Shown: in pieces, positions 1-13,839 of the stretch
How the letters are laid out: each line of letters starts with the position of its first letter
Position numbering within the stretch: the first letter of the stretch is position 1
Origin: Octopus sinensis
Taxonomy: Eukaryota
Assembly: GCF_006345805.1 (NCBI RefSeq)
Contig: NC_043001.1
Coordinates: forward strand, 130,696,001-130,760,000
DNA: 64,000 bases
Direction: 5' to 3'
The notes under the pieces: model-generated
What the model saw: only the letters and a program-made list of their open reading frames with translations
Told to the model about the DNA's origin: nothing
The model's database searches: none
Program-made: the position numbers and the translations under genes

Positions 1-43
1 TATTATTATAATAATGATAATAATAATGATAATAATAATAATG

Positions 44-76
<33 letters not shown>

Positions 77-108
77 TGATAATAATAATAATAATAATAA
101 TATAATAA

Positions 109-139
<31 letters not shown>

Positions 140-208
140 ATAATAATAATAATAATAATAATAAATAATAATAATAATAATAATATATAATAATAATAAA
201 TAATAATG

Positions 209-250
<42 letters not shown>

Positions 251-280
251 TAATAATGATAATAATAATAATAATGACAG
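1..280. repeat. (AAT)n microsatellite
   Basis: Direct. Confidence 0.95.
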
Positions 281-1920
281 CAACAATGATTTCTTACTAT
301 GGTACAAATTATAATAATAATAATGTTGGTAGTGGTGCTGCTGCTGGTGTTGATGAGGATGAAAATAAACAAAATAAGAAGTAAAAAAAAATGACAGAAA
401 AAATTAAAATGACAAATATGCATGCTTGTGTGGTGCATGTTAAAATGCATGTGCATATATTAAGCAGTGCAGTTTCTTGCATGTGTGTATGTATATTTGC
501 AATTTATATATATGTATATGTATATGTATGCATGTATGTATGTATGTATGTATGTTTGTATATATATGAATGTATGTATGTATGTATGTATGTATGTATG
601 TATGTATGTATGTATGTATATATATTTATATATACACACATGGATATGGATATATATATATATTTTTTTTCTTTCTGAGAGTAGATGGTGTAATGCTTTT
701 ATTTGGGCCATTAGGGTATGCAGATCAATTCTTCTAATATCGGACTCCCTTTCACAGGAATTATCAATATTGGTTTAATGGAATCCCAAATAATAATAAT
801 AATAATAATGATAATAATAATAACAATAATAATAATGATAATAATGATAATAATAACAATAATAATAATAATAATGATAATAATAATGATGATGATGATG
901 ATGATGCTGATAGCAACAGCAACAATGATAATATCAACAACAGCAGTACTGATAACAACAACAAAAATAATAACAGCAATGACAGTGATAATAATGAATG
1001 ATAATAACAATAACAACAACAGTACCAAATACAACAACAATAATAGAATAATAACAGGAATTTTGATGATGATGATGATGATGATGATGGTGATAACTAT
1101 TACTATTCAATAAAGAAAAAATATAGGAAAAATACTCCTTTGTACTCCTCAAAACTCATCCTGATGGCAATGATTATGATTACTCCGCTTTTCTATGCAC
1201 TTCTTTATATATGACTAAATAAGTATTTTTTTCATTTATTTTCTTTTTGTTCTTGATTTACAGCCCTGCTTATAGCAATGGGTGGTGGTGGTGGTGGTGG
1301 TGGTGGTGGTGGTTGTGGAGGGGCATGTGGAATGAGGATCATGTGCGGGCTTACAGCAGGTGGTTGTAGAATTTCAGGTAATGGGCAGTGTGCACTTAGA
1401 TTGCATGATAAACATACCTTGATAATGCTCAGGTAATTTTTAGTCATCATTTAAATATTCCTCCTATCTCTTCCTTTTGTTTGGTATATTTAGAAATCAT
1501 CATTTCACCACTACCATCATCATCATTGTCATTATCATCATCTTTATTATTATTAGTATATTTTATACCATTATTTATAATTTTTTTTGGTAGTTTCTAA
1601 TCTATTTATTTGAAGCATTTATTTTAAAATGACAATGAATTCGCATAATACAGGAGAAATTAGCGGGTGTTCAGATGGGTGTAAATGAGGTGGACAGAGT
1701 ACCCCACCACCCTCCCAAAAACAGTGAGAACAATAACAGAAAAAAAGAAAGGAAGAGAGAAAAATGAAAGAGAAGTGTGGGTGCGTGATTGAAATGAGAC
1801 AGTTGGTAGGGAATTAGGTGTGAGTGAGAGGAGGAAAGAATGATAGTGGTGATTTATAAATAAAAAACTGACAGAAAGATATAGATCATAATCTCTCTAT
1901 CAATATATATATATATATAT

Positions 1921-2110
1921 AAAGATAATCCAAACAAGAAAACACAAAAAAAAACACAGCAACGCAAGGACATGGAACAAATAAAGTATTATTGGACGCT
2001 CAGGAAAGAAGGGAAGGAGGGTTTAACGTTTCGAGCGGAGCTCTTCGTCAGAAACAAAGGAGAAGGAAAGATCCCGAGAAGGGAAGACAGAGGGAAAAAA
2101 ATTGCTGGCG
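1921..2110 (-). mobile_element. Short non-autonomous PLE-like element, family H2
   Basis: Homologous to 16385-16600 and both arms of 18790-19250; carries the hammerhead; abuts (TA)n. Confidence 0.65.
2021..2055 (-). ncRNA. Minimal type I hammerhead ribozyme motif (family H2), intact core
   Basis: Minus strand reads GTTT-CTGACGA-A-GAGC-TCC-GCTC-GAAAC-GTT-AAAC: CUGANGA and GAAA cores, stem II GAGC/GCTC, stem I GTTT/AAAC, palindromic AACGTT stem III as in PLE minimal hammerheads. Confidence 0.75.
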
Positions 2111-2577
2111 GTGCAATGGAAGTAGATTAATAAATAAAATAAAACGTATGCATATATACATACATATATGTACGTACCTACCTCTACATGTATATATACA
2201 TGCATATATGGGTACAGGACACCAAAAAAACGTCGAAAACAATGAGAAATGAAAACATAAACACAAAACCAAGGAAATGGATATTTTTCTTAAACAACGA
2301 AAAAAAATAGAGTACAGGACATACAACACAAGGAAAATTCCCCTTCTTCAGTCGCCTTTGTTTCATCTACTCCACGTTTCGAAGGTCAAGGCAAGACATG
2401 ACTTTAATGAAACATTCCTTCCCGCGAAAAGCAAATTAAATAAATTTTGAGATTTTTTTGCAGAGGGGTAAACATGGTAACAAAAACAGGACAGTAACGA
2501 CAGTACAAAATATAAACAGTAAAAGACGGGACAAGGAGAATAACAATAACACAGACAAGAAGGGGCTGTTTATATAT

Positions 2578-2681
<104 letters not shown>

Positions 2682-3211
2682 TCTCAAGGTGGCAAGCTGG
2701 CAGAACTGTTAGCATGCCAGGTGATATGCGTAGCAGCAGTTCGTCTGTCTTTATATTCTGGGTTCATATTCCACTGAGGTTGACTATCCCTTTCAGGGGT
2801 CAATAAAATCAGTACCAGTTGAATATTGGGGTCGATGTAATTGACTTACTTCCTCCCCCCAAATTGCTGGCCTTGTGCAAAAGTTTGAAAGCAGTATATA
2901 TATGTATATATAAACAATATGAGAGACCACTATGTGGATCCTTTGTATGCTAAAAATAGATGTCAAGCCGTCTGCTGGGAGGTTGGTGTTAGGAAGGGCA
3001 TCCAGCTGCAAAAACCATGCTAAAACAGACACAGAAGTCTGGTGCAGGCTCCTGTCTGGCCTGCTCCAGTCAAGCTGTCCAACCCATGCCAGCATGGAAG
3101 GCAGATGTTAAACAATGATGATAGTGTATGTATATGTATTCTTTTTTTGGAGTAGTGAATTTCGAACTAGATAAAACTATAAATATTATGAATAATAGAA
3201 TCATGTAAATA

Positions 3212-3445
3212 CTTATTTCTTTATTACCCACAAGGGGCTAAACACAGAGGGGGCAAACAAGGACAGACATAGGTATTAAGTCGATTACATCGACCCCAGT
3301 GTGTAACTGGTACTTAATTTATCGACCCCGAAAGGATGAAAGGCAAAGTTGACCTTGGTGGAATTTGAACTCACAACGTAACGCAGACGAAATACCGCTA
3401 AGCATTTCGCCCGGCATGCTAACGGTTCTGCCAGCTCGCCGCCTT
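3212..3445 (-). mobile_element. SINE family B
   Basis: Head aaggcggcgagctggcagaa, B-box-like gagttcaaattcc, tail gtaaagaaata. Confidence 0.85.
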
Positions 3446-3486
3446 ACTGGGTTACAAAATCCCATCAACTATAAATATATATATAT

Positions 3487-3780
3487 ACAGTAATCCCTTG
3501 CCATACCATGGTTCACCTATCACACACTCTATACAATGCGGTTCACCTATTGTGCACTGAGTACATCGTGGATTTTTCTGGCTAATATATGGAAATATAT
3601 ATCATGGATTCCTCAGTATTTTGCAGGTTTCTGTGGCCAATAGGTATTTATATCTTTTTATATTTTAATTATTTCAGTGGCCAAATAAGCATTTTCATAC
3701 CTAAAAATTAATAAATTAATAGAGAAAAAAGAGTACAGTACTCACTGTATAACACATTAGTTAAAATATATTAAAAGAAC
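3487..3780 (+). mobile_element. Tigger/pogo-like terminal remnant
   Basis: TA-CAGTAATCCCT start with repeated ggttcacctat; no matching right TIR seen. Confidence 0.4.
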
Positions 3781-3786
3781 ATACGT

Positions 3787-3961
3787 AGGCGCAGGAGTGG
3801 CTGAGTGGTAAGTAGCTTGCTTACCAACCACACGGTTCCGGGTTCAGTCCCACTGCATGGCATCTTGGGCAAGTGTCTTCTGCTATAGCCCCGGGCCGAC
3901 CAAAGCCTTGGGAGTGGATTTGATAGACGGAAACTGAAAAAAGCCTGTCATATATGTGTGT

Positions 3962-3999
<38 letters not shown>

Positions 4000-4475
4000 T
4001 ATCAATATATATATATATTCTTTACTAACCACAGGGGGACTAAACACAGAGGGGACAAACAAGACAGACAAAGGGATTAAGTCGACTACATCGACCCCAG
4101 TGCGTAACTGGTACTTAATTTATCGACCCCGAAAGGATGAAAGGCAAAGTCGACCTCGGCGGAATTTGAACTCGGAACGTAACGGCAGACGAAATACGGC
4201 TACGAATTTCCCCCTGTGTGCTAACGTTTCTACCAGCTCGCGCATATATATTATATATATGTGCGTGCATGTTTGTGTGTCTGTGTTTGTCCCCCTAGCA
4301 TTGCTTGACAACCGATGCTGGTATGTTTACGTCCCCGTCACTTAGCGGTTCGGCAAAGGAGACCGATAGAATAAGTACTAGGCTTACAAAGAATAAGTCC
4401 TGGGCTCGATTTGCTCGACTAAAAGGTGGTGCTCCAGCATGGCCGCAGTCAAATGACTGAAACAAGTAAAAGAGT
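3787..4475 (+). mobile_element. SINE family A with nested SINE B (4016-4243, minus) in its internal microsatellite
   Basis: Head ggcgcaggagtggctg(t/a)gtggtaag, internal (TA)/(TG) tract, 3' tail gaaacaagtaaaagagt; many copies in window. Confidence 0.85.
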
Positions 4476-4788
4476 GAACTGTAAATGAATAAACAAAGAA
4501 TTGCACATATGGAAAATGAAACTCCTTTCGGTCCATTTTTTCCCACTCAGTGCTTGTTGCGATATTTTAACAAAACACCTCTACTGTACATCATCGTCTA
4601 ATATATATCATTTTTGCGAGGTTCCATTTTCTTAATAACTTGATGATCAAGTTTTAAATAAATTACACAATTCCGAATTCAGTACTGAATACTCATTGTC
4701 CTGCTTATTTACACTTGTAAATTTACATCTTTTGCTCAGTTCTCTCTCTCTCTCTCTCAGTATATATATGTATATATATATATAAATA

Positions 4789-4819
<31 letters not shown>

Positions 4820-4937
4820 GTAGTATGTGTATATGAATATATATATCAAGATATATATATATCGAGATGCAGCATGGATTTTTGTCAGTGAACAGGTCAC
4901 GGTCTTATAGCGACGAAAATATTTTGACAAATTAAAC

Positions 4938-5166
4938 TTAACCCTTTAGCATTTAAACCGGCCATATCCAGCCAAAAGTATTCTACCTGTTTTATGTTCA
5001 AACTGGCCAGATCTGGTCTCTCACACCAACCCTACAATATCGTTTTAAAAATTAACAGCTACCTCATCAAAATGTCATAGCTACAAGATAATGCCTGATT
5101 AGTTCAAAACAATGTGGATGAAGAAGCATTAATTTTGGCAGAATAATATGAAGAGTAAAGGGTTAA
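4938..5166. mobile_element. piggyBac-type MITE
   Basis: TTAA-CCCTTTA ... TAAAGGG-TTAA termini; partial copy at about 9165-9260. Confidence 0.8.
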
Positions 5167-6304
5167 ATGTTGAAGTGAATCGAACGGCTTTTGTGTGTTT
5201 CTTAAATGGCTTACAAACACCTTCCATGCTGCAATTGTTTTCATTCCAGCACACGGTCTCAGATCAAATCACTTGCTATGCAAGTACATCTCCGTAATAT
5301 ATATATATCATCACTATTTAACAACTGTTGTCCATGCTGGCATGGGTTGGATGGTTTAACCAGGGCTGGCAAGCTGAGGTGCTGCACCAGACTCCAGTCT
5401 GATTTGGCAATGTTTTCTATGGCTAGATGCCCTTCCTAATGCCAACCACTCCAAGAGTGTAATGGGTACTTTTACACGCCACCAGCATGGGTGCCATTAG
5501 TGTGACACCACTAGAATCTGCCACAGTTGAGAGAGTCAGTTGTTGTTGTGTGTGTGTTTGTGTGTATATATATATACTCACACACACAGAGAAATAATCA
5601 GCACATACACAACAGATACACATATACAACAGATACACATACACAAGAGATTCAAATACAGCACAGATGTACACATATAATACACTTTCTGATTGATAGT
5701 GCACAATCTGTAAATATGCGTAATATAGTTAATTGGTTACAGCTCTTCATCACAAGTGGTTCATTTTGGTTTGTTAATCTAACTTTTACAGAAACACTCA
5801 TGTATGGTCATTAAATTAAGAGAGTAGGAGTGAGAGAAAGAGAGAGAGGGAGAATGAAAGAAAAAGAGAGTTTGAGACAGGAACAGAGAGAGAGAGGGAA
5901 AGATGGAGAGGGAAGAGGATGAGGAAAAAGAGAGAGGATAAGAGAGAGTAAGAGAAAGAATGAGAAGGAGAATGAAAGAAAAAGAGAGTTTGAGACAGGA
6001 ACGGAGAGAGGGAGAGAGTGAGAGGGAAAGATGGAGTGGGAAGAGGATGAGGAGAAAGAGAGAGAAAGAATGAGAGGGAGACATACTGAAAGAAAGAGAA
6101 AGACAGAGTGAGCAAGAGAGAGAGAGAGAGAGGAGGAGAGATAGGAAAGGAGATTTACGTGTTGAAGATGAATATAAGTTTCCATAATGTAAATTGATGT
6201 CTTTATAAGAAAATGACGTACAAGTTGTGATGGCCATCAATTACATGAGGAGGAAAACAAAATCTCTTCTATAAAGGACTGAAACCACATTCTAAACAGG
6301 GCAG

Positions 6305-6322
6305 CTACATCATCATCATCAC

Positions 6323-6391
<69 letters not shown>

Positions 6392-6523
6392 TGTTATTAT
6401 TATCATTATTATTATTATTATTACTGTTATTATCATTATCATTGTTATTATTATTATTACTGTTATTATTATTATCATTATTATTATTATTATTACTGTT
6501 ATTATTATTATCATTATTATTAC

Positions 6524-6554
<31 letters not shown>

Positions 6555-6652
6555 GTTATTATTATTATCATTATTATTGTTATTGTTATTATTATTATCA
6601 TTATTATTATTATTATTATTGAGTGAGAGATCAATTATTATTATTATTATTA
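6305..6652. repeat. (TTA)n compound microsatellite
   Basis: Direct. Confidence 0.95.
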
Positions 6653-6654
6653 TA

Positions 6655-7075
6655 TAACTGTTTAATATTTGGTAGATTAAGGCAAAGTTCTACTGCATCA
6701 CCTGCTACACCTCTGTGTTGCTGGGGTGTGTGCAGCATTGTGTGTTCGTTTCTGCTGTTGGGAGCATGCGAACTCTTCCCGGTACTGCATTGTGATAGTT
6801 TTTTTCCATTGAGGTGTGATGCTGTCACTTGTTGTGTTACTGCTTGTATTGTGTTTTGAGCGTGTAATGCATTGGTTTTCTAGCTTGCTGGTGGTAGTTT
6901 ATTTCATTGGGTAAATGCTGTATAGAGTGTGTGTTCTATTTGTGGGTTGTTTTGTTTAGGTTGTATTGATAGTTTCTTGAGTAGGATTTGGGTTATTCTT
7001 AGCAAGGTTATTTTTTGGACAGCATGTAGTGTTGAAGATTCAGGTAAAGCTTCTACATTTTTCTTCATATGACTT
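6655..7075 (-). mobile_element. 5'-truncated 3' end of an R4/Dong-like LINE embedded in (TAA)n
   Basis: Peptide EALPESSTLHAVQKITLLRITQILLKKLSIQ resembles the R4/Dong C-terminus; TAA runs on both sides. Confidence 0.6.
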
Positions 7076-7432
7076 TATTATTATTATTATTATTATTATT
7101 ATCATTATTATTATTGTCATTATTATTATCATTACTGAGTGAGTGAGCAATCATCATCATCATCATCATCATCATCATTCTCCAACCTATCACTCGATAC
7201 TCAACAGCACTCAATAACACTGCACTGCACTTTGGGTAAATGCCTTCTGCTTCATAACTTCAGATTAACCAAAGCATCTTTGATATCCAGCTTTTCAACA
7301 TCACTACTTGGACTTTGATTAACTTTAGCTCAGTCCATTTTGCCATAAGCATTTGTGCAAAGTCTGGAGTTTGACGATAATTTCTAGCATTCTAACTTCT
7401 AGTCCTCGAGGATCTTAAAAATAAAAAAATTG

Positions 7433-7910
<478 letters not shown>

Positions 7911-8232
7911 TCTTTTTTTTTTCTCTCTAGTTTCAGCTCAGAGCTGTGGCCATGCTGATTCACTGCCGTTAAATATAGAACTGTAAAAAAATTATTGTGA
8001 ATGCTTTTCATTCCACATTCGACTTAACCTTAAAAAAAACATTTTCTTTCTCCATCATTTTAACATAAACCTTTTACATGCTTGCAAGGGTCAAACAAAA
8101 TTCATTGGGATGGATTTTTTTTATGGCTTGATGCCATTTCTTTCATCAACCTCAACCTATTTTCATGGAAAGTAGCATCTGGCTCCCATGGCAAAACATG
8201 TTTTGCATGGAAAATTGGAAATGATTGATACC

Positions 8233-8466
8233 TATTTCTTTACTACCCACAAGGGGCTAAACACAGAACGGATAAACAAGGACAGACAAATGGATTAAGT
8301 CGATTACATCGACCCCAGTGCGTGACAGGTACTTAATTTATCGACCCCGAAAGGATGAAAGGCAAAGTCGACCTCGGCGGAATTTGAACTCAGAACGTAA
8401 CGGCAGACGAAATACAGCTAAGCATTTCGCCCGGCGTGCTAACGATTCTGCCAGCTCGCCGCCGAT
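8233..8466 (-). mobile_element. SINE family B with 12-bp TSD
   Basis: TSD atgattgatacc at 8221-8232 and 8467-8478. Confidence 0.9.
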
Positions 8467-8538
8467 ATGATTGATACCAGTTGCCTGATACTGTCACTCA
8501 TTTACAATGATCATGTGATGTATCAAGTCAAGGAGATA

Positions 8539-8579
<41 letters not shown>

Positions 8580-9285
8580 ATACACACACATGCCTGCCTT
8601 CCTAACCACACACCCATGTCTGTGCTCATACAAATAAATACCTAATATAAACTGAAAAAAGATGTAGTTGTTTTTTTTTATTATTTATTGTTGTTTCATC
8701 TACTTCTGAATAAGAAATTTATTGGACTACTTAATACAAAGGTCAAGAGATCAAATCTGTTGCAGTGCTGTTTTTTCTTTTTTATGATTCTAGGTAAATT
8801 TTATTTTACATTACCTGTGTTCAACAAGATGTCAGCAAAAGATATCCTGGGGAAGATTTATCATCCATTTATCTTCATACGATGAAAAATTGAACTGATC
8901 AGCATCCATTCAAAAGCCTTTTAGAGATTAAAAGATATTTAAAATGTTACAAGTATGCACACTACTTTATTACATAATCCTGTTGATACTAACTTCTAGT
9001 TAGTTCAAGTTCTTTCATTAAAAACGAAATGATTTAAAGTATTTATATTTAATTCTTTTGTATTCAGATTACTCTGTCAAATGTGTGACTATTAGTTTTA
9101 ATTAATTGTGCATTATCTTGTAACATTGAGATTTCAATTATGTGATTATTTATTTTGAGAAATGACATTGCAGGGTGGAGGTGATATCAGATCTAGCTAG
9201 TTTGAACATAAAACAGGTAGAAAATTTGAGCTAGATATGGCCTGTTTAAATGCTAATAGATAAAGCAAAAATATTTTCATCCTAA

Positions 9286-9530
9286 TTTTAGGTAAGAAAA
9301 TTTAAAGCTATGTTCCAAGCATCAAGTTAATAACTTGAGCATTATTTTAGAGTCACTCCTAATTCCTTTTAGGTAAGAAAATTTAAAGCTATGTTCCAAG
9401 CATCAAGTTAATAACTTGAACATTATTTTAGAGTCACTCCAAATTCCTTTTAGGTTGGAAAATTTAAAGTTATATTCCAAAAATCAAGTTAATAAATAGA
9501 AAGTTAGCTATTTCAAAGAGTCACTCTAAA
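9286..9530. repeat. 3 x 81-bp tandem repeat
   Basis: tagg anchors at 9289, 9370, 9451. Confidence 0.85.
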
Positions 9531-9805
9531 TTTCTGATTCTTTTCAGAAATGAGTGAAATACCTTCGAAGAGAATTTTATATGAAATTTTGTCATAAATG
9601 GAATTGAAAACAGTTTGCTTGTGGAAGAGCAGTCAATCAGAAACCCTACATATCAGATGCTAGCAGGTTTCAGAAGTCATTGGGAGAGAATGGACTCCAT
9701 TTCTGAACCTTCCTCCCAACAGCTTTACAGTGCACTGGCCTCACTTACCGGATTAACTGACTAATATTCAGGATCATCACCAGTATTCAAATTGTGGAGG
9801 TCGTA

Positions 9806-10019
9806 CAGGTCTCTTTTACTCTTTTACTTGTTTCAGTCATTTGATTGTGGCCATGCTGGAGCACCACCTTTAGTCGAGCAAATCGACCCCGGGACTTATT
9901 CTTTGTAAGCCGAGTACTTATTCTATCGATCTCTTTTGCTGAACCGCTAAGGGACGAGGACGTAAACACACCAGCATCGGTTGTCAAGCAATGCTAGGGG
10001 GACAAACACAGACACACAA

Positions 10020-10070
<51 letters not shown>

Positions 10071-10233
10071 TACGACAGGCTTCTTTCAGTTTCCGTCTAC
10101 CAAATCCACTCACAAGGCATTGGTCGGCCCGGGGCTATAGCAGAAGACACTTGCCCAAGATGCCACGCAGTGGGACTGAACCCAGAACCATGTGGTTGGT
10201 TAGCAATCTACTTACCACACAGCCACTCCTGCG
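9806..10233 (-). mobile_element. SINE family A
   Basis: Full-length match to other A copies. Confidence 0.85.
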
Positions 10234-10429
10234 ACTATGTATCATATAGGCCAACAGGTACCCACCACACTCACCTCACCTCATCATCCTTTTTTCAGCC
10301 ATATCCAATGATTGGCTCTCCCAACTGTTGACTGGATTTCTTTGAAGATGGTGTTTACTTGACGATGATTGATGCCAGTGGAGAGCAGTCACCGTCTCAG
10401 TTTGGTTCCTAAAAAACTTCTACATCTAA

Positions 10430-11507
10430 CAGACAAAGTAGCAAGTTAGAAAATCTTTATAAGAGATAAAGGTTGTAGCTACACTGAGAAGTAATGTTTT
10501 CACCACTTCCACATGGCTGTTCCATACAAACCAATGTTACTACACTTTTTAACCCCCAAGAGGAAGCATCCTCTAGCTGGTTATCAAGGCAACCTGAAAC
10601 CCAACATATATGTTTCTTTATTACCCACAAGGGGCTAAACATAGAGGGGACAAACAAACGGATTAGGTCGATTACATCAACCCCAGGGCAAAACTGGTAC
10701 TTAATTTATCGACCCCGAAAGGATGAAAGGCAAAGTCGACCTCGGCGGAATTTGAACTCAGAACGTCAAGACAGACAAAATACGACTACGCATTTCGCCC
10801 GGCGTGCTAACGATTCTGCCAGCTCGCCACCAACGTATATTACAAGCAGATACCCCTGTCATCTTCTAGTAACTTGACAAGACCAGCAGTCCATCCAGTT
10901 TCAGGCTATTCTTGCCCATCCTCAGTGGTGGATACCTGTCCACTAGTGAATGCAGTACTGGACTACTCCAGCTCCCAATATGTAGAAAACCAAGCAACAA
11001 TCAGCCACTGGTCTTTGCAACAAGCAAAGTAGCTACTTAGAAAATGTCTATAGGAGATGAAAGTAATAACTATACTGAAAAGTAATGTTTGTTGCCATTT
11101 CAACATGGCTGTTTCATATGAACTGATGTTACAACCATTTTTAACCCCAAGAGGAAACATCTTCCAGCTAGTTATCAACGCAATCTGCACCTGACATATA
11201 TTGCAAGCAAGGGAGTGAACCTCTACCATTTTTTAGCAACTTGGTAGGACCAGCAGACCAGGCTAGTTTCAGACTATTTTTGCCCATCCTCAGTGCTGGA
11301 CACTTGTCTGCTAGAGATAACAGTAGTTCACTCTAGCTCCCAATAATAGGAAAATAAGTGGCAATCAGTCACTGGTCTTGTGACAAGCAAAGCAGCTAGT
11401 TAGAAAATCTCTATAAAAGATGAAAGTAGTAACTGTACTGTGAGGTAATGTTTGTCATCACTTCAACATGGCTGTTTCATACAAACTGACGCTACTACCA
11501 TTTTTTT
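10430..11507. repeat. Old about 368-bp tandem repeat (about 2.5 units, SINE B in first)
   Basis: Units start at 10867 and 11235; partial unit 10430-10866. Confidence 0.7.
10612..10829 (-). mobile_element. SINE family B with near-perfect TSD
   Basis: ccaacatatat 10601-10611 / ccaacgtatat 10830-10840. Confidence 0.85.
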
Positions 11508-11680
11508 CTACATCCATCTTCTATAGGAAAGTGTGCTGCTTGCCAACCATCATCTTTATGGCCTTGTAATGCTTATCTTTCCTAACTTGAGCAGCATTGG
11601 TACTGTCCTGATATAGAGCATTGTATGACCTTACATTCCTCACAGCAGATTATCATATCAAGCATCTTTGTTGTTGAAAT

Positions 11681-11909
11681 GATATTTCTTTACTACCCAC
11701 AAGGGGCCAAACACAGAGGAGACAAACAAGGACAGACAAAGGGATTAAGTCGATTACATCGACCCCAGTGCGTAACTGGTACTTAATTTATCGACCCCGG
11801 AAGGATGAAAGGCAAAGTCGACCTCAGCGGAATTTGAACTCGGAACGTAACGGCAGACGAAATACGGTAATGCATTTCGCCCGGCATGCTAACGTTTCTG
11901 CCAGCTCGC
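11681..11909 (-). mobile_element. SINE family B with 15-bp TSD
   Basis: ctttgttgttgaaat 11666-11680 and 11910-11924. Confidence 0.9.
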
Positions 11910-12225
11910 CTTTGTTGTTGAAATTAAAAAGAGGATTCACATCATAAACGATCTATGGCCTCCTGCCAAAAAAATCTATCCCCAAAAGTTCATGCCATAC
12001 ACGGCTTCCTCCTATTTTGGGTAACCCTATTTTGCTGACCCTGAGAAATGAATGTGAGAAAGCTACTTATTAAATGTATTGCAGAGAACGTTGTACTCCA
12101 TACTACCATGTTGCTGAACTGAGAATCTCTTGAAAAGAAAACACAAGAGAGCCTTATCTGTTGTTTCTTCTCAGCCTTTGTGAGGATCTGACCCAACCAC
12201 TGCAAGTTCTATGGCAACAAATCGT

Positions 12226-12264
<39 letters not shown>

Positions 12265-12277
12265 GTCGTCATCATCG

Positions 12278-12322
<45 letters not shown>

Positions 12323-12604
12323 CCATCACCACCACCACCACCACCACTATTTTACACCTGCCTTGGATACTGGAATGGGTTGGATGGTTTGTCAAGATAG
12401 ATGAATTGACAGATGGTTAGCTAGCTCAATAGAGAGGTAGATGGGTAGATAGATAAATGGATAGAGGGAGAGATGTATGGATGGACAGACAGACAGACAG
12501 ACAGATACGCAGACAAGTGGACAAACAGATAGATAGATAAATAGAAAGATAGATAGATAGATAGATAGACAAACAAGCAGATAGATAGATAGATAGATAG
12601 ATAG

Positions 12605-12664
<60 letters not shown>

Positions 12665-12680
12665 CAAACAAGCAGATAAT

Positions 12681-12729
<49 letters not shown>

Positions 12730-12780
12730 TATAGATAGATAGATATATAGATAGATAGATAGATAGATAGACAAACAAGC

Positions 12781-12847
<67 letters not shown>

Positions 12848-12919
12848 CAGAGAGTAGACAAATAGATAGACACAGAGAAGCAGACAGATGGCTAGTTATC
12901 TAGTTGATCAATTAGATAG

Positions 12920-12952
<33 letters not shown>

Positions 12953-12953
12953 C

Positions 12954-12984
<31 letters not shown>

Positions 12985-12985
12985 T
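12226..12985. repeat. (CAT)n then (GATA)n/(GACA)n arrays
   Basis: Direct. Confidence 0.95.
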
Positions 12986-13839
12986 ATGATGAACAGATAG
13001 TTGGGCAGTTGGATGTTTGAATATACATACATGCATGCATGCAAACACATATATATTTCTGGTACAAGAGAAATGCATATGCAGTGTGTACATAAGTTGT
13101 AGAAATACATGTAAGCTTGACTGTCAAGATGATAAAAGAGAGACACAACCAGCAATCTATTGATCAATCAACTTGAAATCTACTTAGATAAGCACAGCCG
13201 TTATTATTGTGGAGAAATTCTAAGTTAATGAGTAGATATAGCTTAGAAGATGAGAACACTTTCAAAGTTATTAGTGCGTGCATGTGTGTTGTGTGTGTAG
13301 GGGGCATACATGTGTGTATACATGTGTTGAGGATTTATTAATAAATGAATGTTCATACATGTGTATACAACAAATGCACATATGCACATAAATATACATC
13401 TGTCCTCGTGCACACATATAACTTCTATTTTCCCCACACATTGAAAGCACAGAAAGAATGTGCTTACACTCTAAATATTTCCCACATAACTAAGCATTGT
13501 CATATGTGAGCGTGTGTGTGTGTGTGTGTAAATTTGACACTTTGCTGGTCATATTTTACCTCCTCCATGTAAATAGATTGATAAATAGTAGAAAAATGTC
13601 ACACAAATAACATGGAGAAGATTATGAGACAAAGAGGAAACATATACAATATACAACATTAGACAAGCAAATGCATGAAAGTGGAAACAGCATAAAAATA
13701 TAGAGTTGAAAAAAAAACAATCAAAGAAGTACAAAATGACGATAAATATGACAAAGGAAGAAATATAAGCAAATCTAACATTCTAGGTAACCAATATCAA
13801 AGAGATGAGAAAGGATTAAAAGAGACAAGAAAAAGATTA

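Noticed and set aside
1-280. Phase breaks within microsatellites (e.g. aataatataat, tatattatata)
   Set aside because: Consistent with slippage or long-read indel error; no evidence of coded structure
391-1152. Poly-Y/I/M/C ORFs here and at many other loci (e.g. 12392-13167, 54419-57470)
   Set aside because: Translations of di-, tri- and tetranucleotide repeats
1232-1450. Poly-Pro minus ORF
   Set aside because: Driven by a (GGT)n run; both strands are open and no domain is recognised
2340-2385. Possible hammerhead (minus-strand GAAACGT and CTGAAGA)
   Set aside because: The cores are in the wrong order for type I and I could not build convincing stems
5816-6170. GA-rich about 110-bp duplication and Leu/Ser-rich ORFs
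   Set aside because: Low-complexity purine tract; common slippage product
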